IMG/VR virus record: IMGVR_UViG_3300020577_003668
Span: 41,546 to 105,545 of that record
DNA length: 64,000 nt
Strand: one strand, 5' to 3'
Source of the DNA: a virus
Taxonomy: Duplodnaviria > Caudoviricetes
Below are positions 42,020 through 52,715 of the stretch, piece after piece; positions within the stretch are counted from its first letter, which is position 1; each line of letters starts with the position of its first letter. The notes under the pieces are model-generated. The model was not told the origin of the DNA. It saw only the letters and a list, made by a program, of their open reading frames with translations, and did not search any database. The translations under genes and the position numbers were made by a program.

Positions 42020-42970
42020 AAGACCTTTACTGCACTGCATATTGCTAGAAAGCTAGGTCAAAAGACTCTAGTAATTACTCATACTACTATGCTTCGCGAT
42101 CAGTGGATCAAAGAAGTACAGGAACTATACGGATTTACACCTGGTACTATTGGTGCAGGTATATTTGATATTGATAGTCCTATAGTAATAGGCAACGTAC
42201 AATCTGTAACAAAAAATGTGCTAACTATTGCTAAAGAGTTCGGTACTATCATAATGGATGAGGCTCATCATGCTCCTGCTTCTACTTTTACTAGTATTAT
42301 TGATTCTAGTCATGCCCGGTATCGTATTGCTCTTAGCGGCACTATGGTACGCAAAGACGGACGTCATATTCTATTCCCCGATTATTTCGGGCAATTAGTT
42401 CTCAAGCCGCCCCAATCGCACACACTCAATCCTACGATTAAGATTGTGAAAACGGGGTTACAGTTAACGCCTGGAGAAACCTGGGCTAGGAAGATTAACA
42501 ATCTGTTATACGACCCTGACTATCAGGAGTATGTCGCAACTATAGCGGCCACTCAGATTAGTATAGGACACCGAGTGTTAGTAATTGCAGATAGAGTGGA
42601 GTTTCTAGAAAATGTACAGAAATGGCTTGGAGAAGAAACCTGTGTGTTGGTTACTGGACAAACAAGTTTCGAGGACCGAGAACGAGTTAAAGACCAAATC
42701 AATTCCGGCGAAGTGTTGTGCATTGCTGGCAGTAGACAAATCTTCTCAGAGGGAATCTCGGTCAATAGCTTAAGCTGTGTTATTTTAGCGACTCCTATAT
42801 CTAACGAGGCACTACTAGAACAGATTATAGGTAGAATTATGCGAGACTTTCCTGGCAAACTTACTCCAGTTGTAATAGACCTACAGTTTGCAGGTGCAGC
42901 TGATAAAAAGCAGAATAATCTTAGGCTTTCTTTCTATTTGGGCAAAGGTTGGCAAATTTCTTACTTGTAA
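42020..42970 (+). CDS. D10-like SF2 helicase, exon 2
   Basis: Starts KTFTALHIA; DEAHH, LSGT, QIIGRIMR. Confidence 0.92.
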   Translation, partial: KTFTALHIARKLGQKTLVITHTTMLRDQWIKEVQELYGFTPGTIGAGIFDIDSPIVIGNVQSVTKNVLTIAKEFGTIIMDEAHHAPASTFTSIIDSSHARYRIALSGTMVRKDGRHILFPDYFGQLVLKPPQSHTLNPTIKIVKTGLQLTPGETWARKINNLLYDPDYQEYVATIAATQISIGHRVLVIADRVEFLENVQKWLGEETCVLVTGQTSFEDRERVKDQINSGEVLCIAGSRQIFSEGISVNSLSCVILATPISNEALLEQIIGRIMRDFPGKLTPVVIDLQFAGAADKKQNNLRLSFYLGKGWQISYL

Positions 42971-43025
42971 TTTTTTTACCCTACATGTTATAATATAAAG
43001 AGTGGTAAAATTTTATAGGATATTT

Positions 43026-43946
43026 ATGGGAACTATTTATTGCTTATATTTTGAATCAGATGATAATAAGTATTACATCGGTCAATCCATAAATACACCT
43101 GGTAGGTATACTAAACATAAGCGATTACTATTAACTAATACACATACTAATAGTAAGTTGCAAGAAGCTTATAATAAGTATAAGTACTATCCCTCTATAT
43201 ACTTATTAGAAAAAAACATATCTAATATAGAATTAGATAATAGAGAAGTATTCTGGATTAAAGAATTCGACTCCTATTATAATGGTTTTAATTCTACACC
43301 TGGTGGTAAATATTATGAGTTCGGCGAAAATCTTATTGCTAGTCGTAAATATCCAGAATATGTATATGTTAATATATTATTCGATTTAGTATACACTGAT
43401 AACACCTCTGCTGTAATAGCAGAAGAAAACGGGGTACTAGAACATACTGTAAGTAGTATCAGACAGTTAGCTAGCCATAATTATTTAGAGGACACGTATC
43501 CAGAAGAATATGCGATACTGAAAAATAAAGCTAATGTTAATAGTAGTATAAAGTATGATACTACTATCTGTGCTCAGATATTTACAAAAGTTATAGACAG
43601 AATACCTTATAAAGATATCTGCCAGGAATTATCTGTACCGTATACTTTGGTGACATCTATAGCGTATGGATTAACTCATAAAAATGAGTTACTAAACATA
43701 TTTGGAGAAGAACTTTATACTAATACTATATCTATTAGGGATAAGACAACCTCTAATAGAAAAAACAAATATCCAAATATATGTGATCCGCAAGGTAATA
43801 TACATATAGTTACGGTAGCTAATCATTTAGCTAAGAAATATAGTTTAGATCCTAGCTCTTTAGCTAAAGTATTAAATGGTAAACTTAAGCAATATAAGGG
43901 ATGGAAGTTGGATATAGGCAGTACACGTACAATACAAGCTCTATAA
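43026..43946 (+). CDS. GIY-YIG homing endonuclease
   Basis: TIYCL..YYIGQS..R..H..E..GFN; own promoter 42965-42993. Confidence 0.9.
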   Translation: MGTIYCLYFESDDNKYYIGQSINTPGRYTKHKRLLLTNTHTNSKLQEAYNKYKYYPSIYLLEKNISNIELDNREVFWIKEFDSYYNGFNSTPGGKYYEFGENLIASRKYPEYVYVNILFDLVYTDNTSAVIAEENGVLEHTVSSIRQLASHNYLEDTYPEEYAILKNKANVNSSIKYDTTICAQIFTKVIDRIPYKDICQELSVPYTLVTSIAYGLTHKNELLNIFGEELYTNTISIRDKTTSNRKNKYPNICDPQGNIHIVTVANHLAKKYSLDPSSLAKVLNGKLKQYKGWKLDIGSTRTIQAL

Positions 43947-44004
43947 AATTTGTACTTGTACTGTTACATCATTTCTGATATAATAATTGTTCATAGGGCA
44001 TATT

Positions 44005-44382
44005 ATGACCTTGTTCTTTAACCTAGAAACTTTGGAGGCGCAATGTAAGGGCGACTACGGCAAGTTCATAACATACTTACATCTACATTTACAGCGAAGA
44101 TTGTTCAAGCCTTTCAACTTACATGGCTTAAGCTTTCTACTGAATCCTGAACCGCTTTTTAGAAAAGACAACAAAGTGGATATACTGTACAAAATACAGT
44201 ATATAAAACTAGCGGCCAGGCGCGATTACGGCTTATATAAACTATACGGACAGAAAACCTTAGACTTATCTTATTTCCCCGATATAAATATATCTGCTAT
44301 ACGCACAAATCCACTAATATCAATCAAGAATAACCAAATATTCTTCCTCTATGAGGAAGCCAGCACGAAAAAAGGAAATTAA
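44005..44382 (+). CDS. T5-like conserved protein upstream of D11
   Basis: LFFN..GLSFLLNP..YIKLAARR..NPLI; synteny. Confidence 0.75.
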   Translation: MTLFFNLETLEAQCKGDYGKFITYLHLHLQRRLFKPFNLHGLSFLLNPEPLFRKDNKVDILYKIQYIKLAARRDYGLYKLYGQKTLDLSYFPDINISAIRTNPLISIKNNQIFFLYEEASTKKGN

Positions 44383-45030
44383 ATGGCTATTAGCTTTTCA
44401 AACACTAAGGGTACCGCTATTAAGGGCGCAGAAGCCTATAAGTACAAGGACGACGAAAACGTTGTTCGTATCGTAGGTGGAGTTCTTCCACGTTATGTAT
44501 ACTGGCTAAAGGGCACTAATGGCAAGGATATTCCCGCCGAGTGTTTAGCATTCAACCGCGATAAGGAAAAGTTCGACAATAAGGAAGTTGACTGGGTTCC
44601 TAAGTATCATCCAACCATTAAATGTGGGTGGGCTTATGCGGTTAACTGCATTGATCCAGCAGACGGTAAGGTCAAGGTACTAAACCTGAAGAAGAAGCTG
44701 TTCCAGCAAATTATGGATGCAGCTGGTGATGGTTTAGGCGATCCTACTGATCCAGATACCGGATGGGACCTAGTATTCAAGAAGAAGAAGACGGGCCCAC
44801 TAGCTTTCAACGTAGAATATACGCTTTCTGTTCTAAAGCTAAAGAAGCGTCCTCTTACCGAGGAAGAGCGAGCAGTAGTAGCGGCGGCTGATACAATTGA
44901 CGTAAAGATTCCACGTCCTACAGCCGATGAAATCAAGGCGCTACTTGAGAAGATCAAGAACGGTGAAGAAGAAGAAGCCGCTCCTGAAGGCTCAGCTGCT
45001 GGCGAAGCTATCAACGAACTAAACCAGTAA
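44383..45030 (+). CDS. D11-like ssDNA-binding protein
   Basis: LPRYVYW, NLKKKLF, GDPTDPDTGWD, acidic tail. Confidence 0.88.
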   Translation: MAISFSNTKGTAIKGAEAYKYKDDENVVRIVGGVLPRYVYWLKGTNGKDIPAECLAFNRDKEKFDNKEVDWVPKYHPTIKCGWAYAVNCIDPADGKVKVLNLKKKLFQQIMDAAGDGLGDPTDPDTGWDLVFKKKKTGPLAFNVEYTLSVLKLKKRPLTEEERAVVAAADTIDVKIPRPTADEIKALLEKIKNGEEEEAAPEGSAAGEAINELNQ

Positions 45031-45036
45031 CCCTCA

Positions 45037-45072
45037 AAAGCCCCCACAGGGTATACTTGTGGGGGCTTTTTT
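45037..45072 (+). terminator. Rho-independent terminator
   Basis: aaaagcccccaca/tgtgggggctttt plus T tract. Confidence 0.9.
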
Positions 45073-45085
45073 AACGAAAGTGCAG

Positions 45086-46048
45086 ATGAAAGTATTATTT
45101 ACAGCTGACCTGCACATTAAGCTGGGTCAGAAGAACGTACCAATAGATTGGGCTAAAAAACGCTACGATAGTTTATTTAAACAGATATGCAATCTTGCCG
45201 CTAAAGAAGATATTGAACTTATGGTACTAGGCGGAGATATATTTGATAGAGTACCTACTCTGGATGAGTTAGAGCTATACTTCGATTTTATGTTTCGTAT
45301 TAGATGCGATACTGTTATCTATAGTGGTAATCACGAAGCAACTAAGCGTAATGAGACATTTCTAAGTAATTTAAAGGATATTACTTATCAGATTTCTTGT
45401 TCTGCCATGGCTGGGCATAGAATACATATCATAGACGATTTTAAGTCTATGTACGGTATTGACTTTATCCCCTATAATAAATTAAAAGAGTTTGAAAAAC
45501 ATGGGTATACTCCTACTAGTAGCATTCTTTGCACTCATTGTCGCGGTGAAATTCCTCCCCACGTAAAACCAGAAATCAATCTAGGGCTATTTAAACCATG
45601 GAAGCTAGTTCTAGCAGGAGACTTACATAGTTACGAAAATTCGCAGGGTAACATCCTATACCCCGGCTCACCTATCACCACTAGCTTTCATAGAAATAGA
45701 GTTGATACTGGTGTTATTATCCTTGATACTGATACACTGGTACACCGGTGGATTCAATTGGATCTCCCTCAGCTAATTAGAAAGACTATTAAAGCCGGAG
45801 AAGATATGATTCCAGGCGACATAGATCACGTGATCTATGAGGTAGAGGGTGACTTAGCCGAACTGGCTGGCATAGATAATAATGATCTCATAGATAAAAA
45901 GGTAATTAAGAGAGAAAGTGATAGCGCTCTTATATTAGACTCTACTATGACTATATTGGAAGAAGTAGAAGAATACTTGCGCTATATTCAAAATCTTAAA
46001 GAAGAACAAGTAGCAAGTGCACTAAAGGAGTTACAGAACTATGTCTAA
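45086..46048 (+). CDS. D12-like SbcD/Mre11 nuclease
   Basis: TADLH, GGDIFD, SGNHE, AGDLH, YPGSP. Confidence 0.93.
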   Translation: MKVLFTADLHIKLGQKNVPIDWAKKRYDSLFKQICNLAAKEDIELMVLGGDIFDRVPTLDELELYFDFMFRIRCDTVIYSGNHEATKRNETFLSNLKDITYQISCSAMAGHRIHIIDDFKSMYGIDFIPYNKLKEFEKHGYTPTSSILCTHCRGEIPPHVKPEINLGLFKPWKLVLAGDLHSYENSQGNILYPGSPITTSFHRNRVDTGVIILDTDTLVHRWIQLDLPQLIRKTIKAGEDMIPGDIDHVIYEVEGDLAELAGIDNNDLIDKKVIKRESDSALILDSTMTILEEVEEYLRYIQNLKEEQVASALKELQNYV

Positions 46049-46274
46049 TAATGCCACTATGTGGAGTCAGTCAAACTGTCCATATTGCGTCATGGCTAGT
46101 AAACTACTGTGGGATCACGGATATACAGTAGTTGAGCACAAAATCGGAGTAAATGCTACTAAGGAAGAATTTCAAGAGATCCATCCAGGAATTCGTTCTG
46201 TACCTCAAATATGGTTAAATGGTGAATTAGTACCAGGTGGATATGTAGGTTTAAAGGCCATGCTAGATGATTAA
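46041..46274 (+). CDS. Glutaredoxin
   Basis: CPYC, SVPQI, GGY. Confidence 0.93.
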   Translation: MSNNATMWSQSNCPYCVMASKLLWDHGYTVVEHKIGVNATKEEFQEIHPGIRSVPQIWLNGELVPGGYVGLKAMLDD

Positions 46275-48060
46275 ATTCGGATTACTAGAATGGTCTCATG
46301 CTTTCTCTTATGGTGCAAATAACAGTATTGATCTATCTAAGGAGCCTCTCTTACAGTTAGTAGGTAAGAACGGTCATGGTAAAAGTAGCATAGCCTTAAT
46401 ATTAGAAGAAGTTCTATATAATAAAAACTCTAAGGGCACAAAGAAAGCTAAGGTGCTAAATCGTTATTCAGGAAGTAAGAATTATACTATTACTCTTACT
46501 TTTCAGAAAGATAACGATGTATATAGAATTAAAACGGTAAGAGGAATTACACAGAGCGTAGAACTTACTAAAAATGGAAAAGATATTTCTTCTCACACGT
46601 CTACGTCTACATACAAGCAAATAGAAGAAATTATTGGATATGACCATAAGACTTTCTGTCAAATTGTATATCAAAGCAGTGCTTTTAGTTTAGAGTTTTT
46701 AAAAGCTACAGATACTACTAGAAAGAAGTTTTTGATTGAGCTGTTGAAGCTTAACAGATATACTGAAATATCCGAACTTATTAAAGCAGATATTAAATCT
46801 GTGGACAATGATTCCAAACTACTCAGTATGAAAATCGATTCCATAGATAGTTGGCTAGCTAAGTACTCTAATACTGATTTAATAATTAGAGAATTAGTAC
46901 ATGTACCTGAGCAACCAACTGTAGCAACTCAACAGTTGGCGGCGCTAGAGGAGAAGCTACGTACTTTAGCGGACACTAATAGAAAGATTAGAGCTAATAA
47001 CAAATATATTGAGCTGCGTAATAGTATCGACTTACAAATTTTACCCGCGCCAACCACAGACATTGTAAAGTTAAAAGTTACGGAAGCAGAGTACGCAGCC
47101 AAGATAAAAACTTTGAAAGCCGTAATTAATAATACTGGCCCTATAGTTACTAAGTGTCCTTCATGTGGCCAAGCTGTAGATAATAGTCACAAAGCCTTAA
47201 TGTTGGAAGAAGCAAAGCAGGAGTTACCAGCTCTAGAAATTTTGAAAAGAAATGTTAGTTCACTTATACTGTTAGCCGAAGCAGACCTAAAAAAATATAA
47301 TACTGCTGTTTCTAATACTTCTGAGTGGGAAAAGTATTCTGCTTTAATAGATAAAAGTTTACCTACTGAAATAATTGAGCAGACATTAGTAGAGGCAGAA
47401 ATTACCAAAGTAGAACAGGCAATTGCTACTGCCACAAAAGCAATATCTACAGCTAATAGCCAAAACGTAGCGATAGAAGCTCATAATGCTAAAGTTAAAG
47501 TAGTATTAGAACAGATGGATTCTATGATGGAAGATAAGAAGTTTTTATCAGGGCAGCTCGAATTAGTACAAGCTAGACTAAGTACATTACAGATTCTAGC
47601 TAAGACATTCAGTACTACAGGGTTCATTGCATATAAGATAGAATCACTGGTCAAAGACTTGGAAGAACTTACTAATAAGTATTTAACTGATATGAGCGAC
47701 GGTAGGTTCCAGATTCAGTTCAGCGTTAGTTCATCAGACAAGCTAGATGTATTAGTTACAGATAATGGAGAGGATGTAGATATCTCCGACCTTAGTAACG
47801 GTGAGTTAGCCAGAGTTAATATTTCCACACTACTAGCTATTCGTAGTTTAATGCAATCGCTGTCCAACGTGCGCTCCAATTTATTGATTTTAGATGAAAC
47901 AATAGAGAACTTAGACGCCTTCGGTAAAGATAAGTTAGTAGAAGTTCTACTCAAAGAAGAAGCACTAAATACTGTGTTAATTAGCCACTCATTTACACAC
48001 CCCTTAATTACTAAGGTAGAGATAGTAAAAGAGAAGCGCATATCAAGGATACTAGAATAA
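46267..48060 (+). CDS. D13-like SbcC/Rad50 ATPase
   Basis: GKNGHGKSS, CPSC hook, LSNGE, LILDE. Confidence 0.95.
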   Translation: MIKFGLLEWSHAFSYGANNSIDLSKEPLLQLVGKNGHGKSSIALILEEVLYNKNSKGTKKAKVLNRYSGSKNYTITLTFQKDNDVYRIKTVRGITQSVELTKNGKDISSHTSTSTYKQIEEIIGYDHKTFCQIVYQSSAFSLEFLKATDTTRKKFLIELLKLNRYTEISELIKADIKSVDNDSKLLSMKIDSIDSWLAKYSNTDLIIRELVHVPEQPTVATQQLAALEEKLRTLADTNRKIRANNKYIELRNSIDLQILPAPTTDIVKLKVTEAEYAAKIKTLKAVINNTGPIVTKCPSCGQAVDNSHKALMLEEAKQELPALEILKRNVSSLILLAEADLKKYNTAVSNTSEWEKYSALIDKSLPTEIIEQTLVEAEITKVEQAIATATKAISTANSQNVAIEAHNAKVKVVLEQMDSMMEDKKFLSGQLELVQARLSTLQILAKTFSTTGFIAYKIESLVKDLEELTNKYLTDMSDGRFQIQFSVSSSDKLDVLVTDNGEDVDISDLSNGELARVNISTLLAIRSLMQSLSNVRSNLLILDETIENLDAFGKDKLVEVLLKEEALNTVLISHSFTHPLITKVEIVKEKRISRILE

Positions 48061-48512
48061 TGGTTGATTCAAGAGTTAAAGGTGCAACTGGGGAGACGAA
48101 AGTAAGGGATACGCTTCGTAGCTATACTAAACTACAGTGGGAAAGGGTCCCGGGCTCTGGGGCTCTTGATCCTAAACATGGTTTAAAAGGCGACTTATAC
48201 GTACCAGGGAAAATAAATAGATACTGTATAGAAGTAAAGAATTATAAAGACGATCATCTAACTTCTAAAGTACTTACTTCTAAGAACCCTCAGTTAATCG
48301 AATGGTGGGAACAAACACTTAGAGAATCTGCACAAGTATCAAAGATTCCTTTATTAATCTTCAAGTTTGATAGAAGTAAGTTATTCGTAGCTTATGAAGA
48401 CTTCCCTCCAGAAGACCTATGTTATATGTCGATACATACTGACAAACACGACTTTTATGTAAGCATGCTAGAAGACTTACTAGTATTATACACACCAAGG
48501 TTTATAGAATAA
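48060..48512 (+). CDS. D14-like PD-(D/E)xK endonuclease (resolvase-like)
   Basis: SRVKG..E..RVPGSG..GD..IEVK. Confidence 0.9.
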   Translation: MVDSRVKGATGETKVRDTLRSYTKLQWERVPGSGALDPKHGLKGDLYVPGKINRYCIEVKNYKDDHLTSKVLTSKNPQLIEWWEQTLRESAQVSKIPLLIFKFDRSKLFVAYEDFPPEDLCYMSIHTDKHDFYVSMLEDLLVLYTPRFIE

Positions 48513-49357
48513 TGGCTACAAGTTTTAAACAAATGGCAACGTTAGACCCTAATACTATTATGATAGTAGATAGCTTTAACCTAGCCTTCCGATACTGGCA
48601 TAAGAGACAATTCGACTTTTTAGACGATTATGTACGAACAGTGGATAGTCTTCGTAAGTCTTATAAAGCTGGCAACGTTATTATAGCTTGCGACCAAGGT
48701 AGCAGTTCTTATCGCAAGAATATCTATCCTGACTATAAGATTGATAGAAAGAAGAAACAGGAGTTACAAACCGATCAAGAGTCGAAGGACTTTAGCGAGT
48801 TCTTCGCAGGCTTCATGAAGGTAATTGATACGTATACTGAAGTAGACGATTATCCTGTATTAAGATTTGAGAAATGTGAAGCTGATGATATTGCTGCATA
48901 TATTGTAGGTAAATATCGTAAGACTTACAAAATATGGCTAATAAGTTCTGATCGAGACTGGGACTTATTAATTCACCCAAATGTATCTAGGTTCTCGTAT
49001 GTTACTGGAAAGGAAATAACCTATGATAATTGGGCTGAGTACTATGATTATCCTATGGATGATCATATCTCTATCAAGTGTCTTATGGGTGATTCTGGGG
49101 ATAGTGTTCCTGGTGTCACAGGGATCGGACCAAAAAAGGCCCAAGCCTTGGTGGAAGAATTTGGATCAACCTATGATATTATCGCTAATTTGCCAATTTC
49201 TAGCAGGTATAAACATATCGCTAATCTTAATGAGTTTGGTGCTGATAACCTTCTTCGTAACTATAAGCTAATGGACTTAGTGTCCCACTGCGACGAGGCA
49301 TTAGGTAAGGAAAACTGTAATAAAATTGATGAGGTATTATGCACGTATTTAAAGTAA
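48512..49357 (+). CDS. D15-like flap endonuclease / 5'-3' exonuclease
   Basis: YRK..YK..R, EADD, SDRD, GDSGD..PGV.GIGPK. Confidence 0.95.
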   Translation: MATSFKQMATLDPNTIMIVDSFNLAFRYWHKRQFDFLDDYVRTVDSLRKSYKAGNVIIACDQGSSSYRKNIYPDYKIDRKKKQELQTDQESKDFSEFFAGFMKVIDTYTEVDDYPVLRFEKCEADDIAAYIVGKYRKTYKIWLISSDRDWDLLIHPNVSRFSYVTGKEITYDNWAEYYDYPMDDHISIKCLMGDSGDSVPGVTGIGPKKAQALVEEFGSTYDIIANLPISSRYKHIANLNEFGADNLLRNYKLMDLVSHCDEALGKENCNKIDEVLCTYLK

Positions 49358-49782
49358 AAGTAAACGCTGAAACTCCAGAGTTTATACCAGTAAGAGCCCA
49401 TCCCTGGGATGCAGGAGCCGATCTTAAATCTAGTGAGGATCATACCTTGCTACCAGGAGAACAACATATGTATGACACAGGTGTTGCTATCGCAATCCCT
49501 CCTAGTTTTGTTGGATTAGTATTCAATCGCTCCAGCCAGGGTAAAAAAGGTATAACTATACCTAATTCAGTAGGAGTTATAGATAGCGAATATCGAGGTA
49601 ATGTCAAGGTATTACTCAGGAATGACTCTAACGCACACTATACAGTAAATATTCTGGATAGAATTGCACAACTAGTAATAGTACCTATTGTAGTTCCTGT
49701 ACTGGAACAGTATGAGGGCGACCCAGACGATTGGAATGACACGGTGCGTGGTACTGGAGGATTTGGGAGTACAGGACAATGA
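49339..49782 (+). CDS. dut: Trimeric dUTPase
   Basis: AGADL, RSS, GVIDSEYRG, RIAQL, RGTGGFGSTG. Confidence 0.96.
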   Translation: MHVFKVKVNAETPEFIPVRAHPWDAGADLKSSEDHTLLPGEQHMYDTGVAIAIPPSFVGLVFNRSSQGKKGITIPNSVGVIDSEYRGNVKVLLRNDSNAHYTVNILDRIAQLVIVPIVVPVLEQYEGDPDDWNDTVRGTGGFGSTGQ

Positions 49783-50206
49783 GCACATATGCTAGTAGTG
49801 CTAGTCAGATGTACTTAACATTAGAGACTCTTGTGCAAAATGCAGTAAAGAATAGCGGCGAACGTAAAGTATTAATTGGGAAGATGATGAATGCTTTGAA
49901 TAAAACCGCGGAGGAGATGATAAATTTAATAGGTTTATTAAATTTGGTAGATTCATATATTATACAGGATAACATTACATGACTAAACATATTCATATTA
50001 TTAATGCAGATTCATCTTCTTGGAAAGTAAAAGTACTGATACAAGATAAGTGGTTTAAGTTCGATGAAGATGGGAAAGTACTACCATGGGATAATACTTG
50101 GAAAACTGTAGAAACTATTGCACTAAGTAATCCTGGCCAGTTATTAACGAAGTATATCACTAATAGTAGACGTTTAGTAATTGAGGAAGATGGTGTAAAT
50201 ACATGA
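49779..50206 (+). CDS. Two short hypothetical ORFs (49779-49982, 49979-50206)
   Basis: Chain of ATGA overlaps between dut and nrdJ. Confidence 0.65.
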
Positions 50207-51540
50207 TTGATGGGGTGTATGAAACATTCATTGCTAAGTCTAGATACGCAAGATATTTAGACGAAGAGGCCAGGCGAGAAAATTGGTCGGAAACTACTAA
50301 CCGATATCTAGAATTCATACAAGAACACCTTCTAGAAAAGCACGAATATCTTATCCCTGAAGATGTCCTGGAAGAACTACGGGGTGCTATTCTTAACAAC
50401 GAAGTATATCCTAGTATGCGTGCATTGATGACTGCTGGTGAAGCTCTGGAGCGAGATAATACCGCGGGATTCAATTGTTCTTACTTGCCTGTTGATGATA
50501 TTAAATCATTCGACGAAGCAATGTATATCCTTATGTGCGGCGTTGGCGTGGGCTTCAGCGTGGAAAGGCAGTATATTTGTAAGCTTCCAGAAGTACCAGA
50601 TAGAATCTATCCTTCCGAGAGCTATATCATGGTACACGACTCTAAGGAAGGCTGGGCTAAAGCGCTACGACAACTCATTGCCTTACTGTATTCTGGTGAA
50701 GCTGCCAAATGGGATGTTAGTGAGGTTAGACCTGCAGGCGCAAGACTTAAAACTTTTGGAGGCCGCTCTTCAGGACCAGGTCCTTTGGTCGACTTATTTA
50801 GATTCGTTACAAAAATATTTAAAGGCGCGACAGGACGAAAACTAACCTCCCTAGAATGTCATGATATCATGTGCAAGATCGGCGAAGTTGTTGTAGTTGG
50901 CGGTGTTCGCCGATCCGCAATGATCTCGCTATCTAATCTGTCTGATGATCGTATGCGTCATGCTAAGTCAGGTGCATGGTGGGAGGCTAATCCACAACGT
51001 GCTTTAGCAAATAACAGTGCTTGCTATACTGAACGTCCTGAAGTGGGCGTATTTATGCAGGAGTGGTTATCTCTATATGAGTCAAAGTCTGGTGAAAGAG
51101 GAATCTTTAATAGAGAAGCAGCTACTAAAGTGGCTGCTAGGAACGGACGAAGAGAAACGGAAGGGCATGAATTTGGCACTAATCCATGTTCCGAAATTAT
51201 CTTACGGCCATATCAGTTTTGCAACCTATCAACAAGCGTTGTAAGAGCTACAGATACACGAGAGGATTTACTTAGGAAAGTCCGTCTAGCAGCGATATTT
51301 GGTACGTATCAGTCCACTCTAACTAATTTTCCTTACTTAAGAAAAATCTGGCAAAAGAATACAGAGGAAGAGCGTCTATTAGGCGTTTCAATGACTGGAC
51401 CTCTAGATAATCCCCTGCTTAATAATCCAGATGATCCTGGGTTAGAGAAATTACTAGAAGAGCTGAAAGCTGAAGCTGTACGCGTCAACAAGGTGCTTGC
51501 CATGCAAATTGGCATTCCTCAGGCGACGGCTGTAACGGCT
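50203..51540 (+). CDS. nrdJ: Class II (B12-dependent) ribonucleotide reductase, exon 1
   Basis: PSMRAL, NCSY, GGVRRSA, TNPCSEI, FCNL; ends ATAVTA. Confidence 0.94.
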
Positions 51541-52715
51541 TAACAAAATTTAGACTTGAAATTTTTCAACAACTGTTATATAATTATTATACTGGTATAA
51601 AAATACAGGAATAATAAAATGATAGATGTAGAAAAAGTATTAAATGAATATGGTATTGACAAGGCTAGAGACCTATTTTTAAGAGAAGGATATACTCTTA
51701 CTCAGTTTCATTTAGAAACTAAATTAAGTACTAGTAAAAATAGAACTTCGCAGAGAGTGTATGAAGAAGTATATAGAATACTCGGTATTACCGAGATTCC
51801 TTATAAAGAAGATACACAGCCTGTTAGAAAATTTAAATTAGAATTTGATAGAGTCTCCGGCAAGTACTGGGAGTCTGACTATATAGTAGAGGTTCTACTA
51901 GATAAGCTACAAAATCCAATACTTAATAAGGCGGAGAATAGAGAGAGATACGTAATAGGTTTCCCTAAACACCCTAATTCGGATCCTACGTCTAATCAAA
52001 TTAAAGCACATATTGTTCAATGGGAAATATTAAATGAACAATATGTGCCTAGTAATCATTGGGTAATACCCGTAGATGATGATTATACTAACTTAGATAT
52101 GGATAACTGGGTTTTGGTAAATACGACCGAATTTAAGTCAGATAGATTTACCAGTGAAGGTAACCCTTCATATAAGCACGGAAAATCAGGAAGACATAAG
52201 TTAGGCGGCTGGGCGTTAATTAGTAAAAATAGTATTAATAAGCATAGATTCTGTACAAGATGTAATACAGATAAAGGTTTAATAGTGCATCATATTATTA
52301 ACTATCATCTATTTACTAATCCCATGGAAGCGCATAATATAGATAATTTATTAGTATTATGCCAAAGTTGTCATGCCAAAATACATCTAACTAATCTAAA
52401 TATAAAGGCCCTTATTGAGGAAACTCAATATAGCAAATTACTTAAATTGCTGGAAACTCTCAAGAGCCAAGTTCCAGACTCCATGAAGGAAACTTACGTG
52501 GACGTAGAAAAGCAACTTGGACTAACAGACAATCAGCAGCCAAGCACCTAAAGAAAAGTATCTAAGGTGAAGGTTCAACGACTATCCATTTATGGAGTAG
52601 GACCGAAGACGGTTCGAAAAAGGTAATACCCTATTAATTATGGGTAATGATATAGTCTGAGCTATATAGAAATATATAGAGAGAATACGGAATCGGTATT
52701 CTCGTAACATAACTG
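51541..52715 (+). mobile_element. Group I intron in nrdJ
   Basis: Exon ends in U, intron ends in G; P aaattgctggaa, Q aatcagcagcc, R gttcaacgacta, S atgatatagtct; splicing restores AVTA|IKPEGT. Confidence 0.93.
51619..52551 (+). CDS. Intron-encoded HNH endonuclease
   Basis: CTRC..VHHI..NLLVLCQSCHAKIH; the 3' end runs through the P and Q elements. Confidence 0.9.
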   Translation: MIDVEKVLNEYGIDKARDLFLREGYTLTQFHLETKLSTSKNRTSQRVYEEVYRILGITEIPYKEDTQPVRKFKLEFDRVSGKYWESDYIVEVLLDKLQNPILNKAENRERYVIGFPKHPNSDPTSNQIKAHIVQWEILNEQYVPSNHWVIPVDDDYTNLDMDNWVLVNTTEFKSDRFTSEGNPSYKHGKSGRHKLGGWALISKNSINKHRFCTRCNTDKGLIVHHIINYHLFTNPMEAHNIDNLLVLCQSCHAKIHLTNLNIKALIEETQYSKLLKLLETLKSQVPDSMKETYVDVEKQLGLTDNQQPST

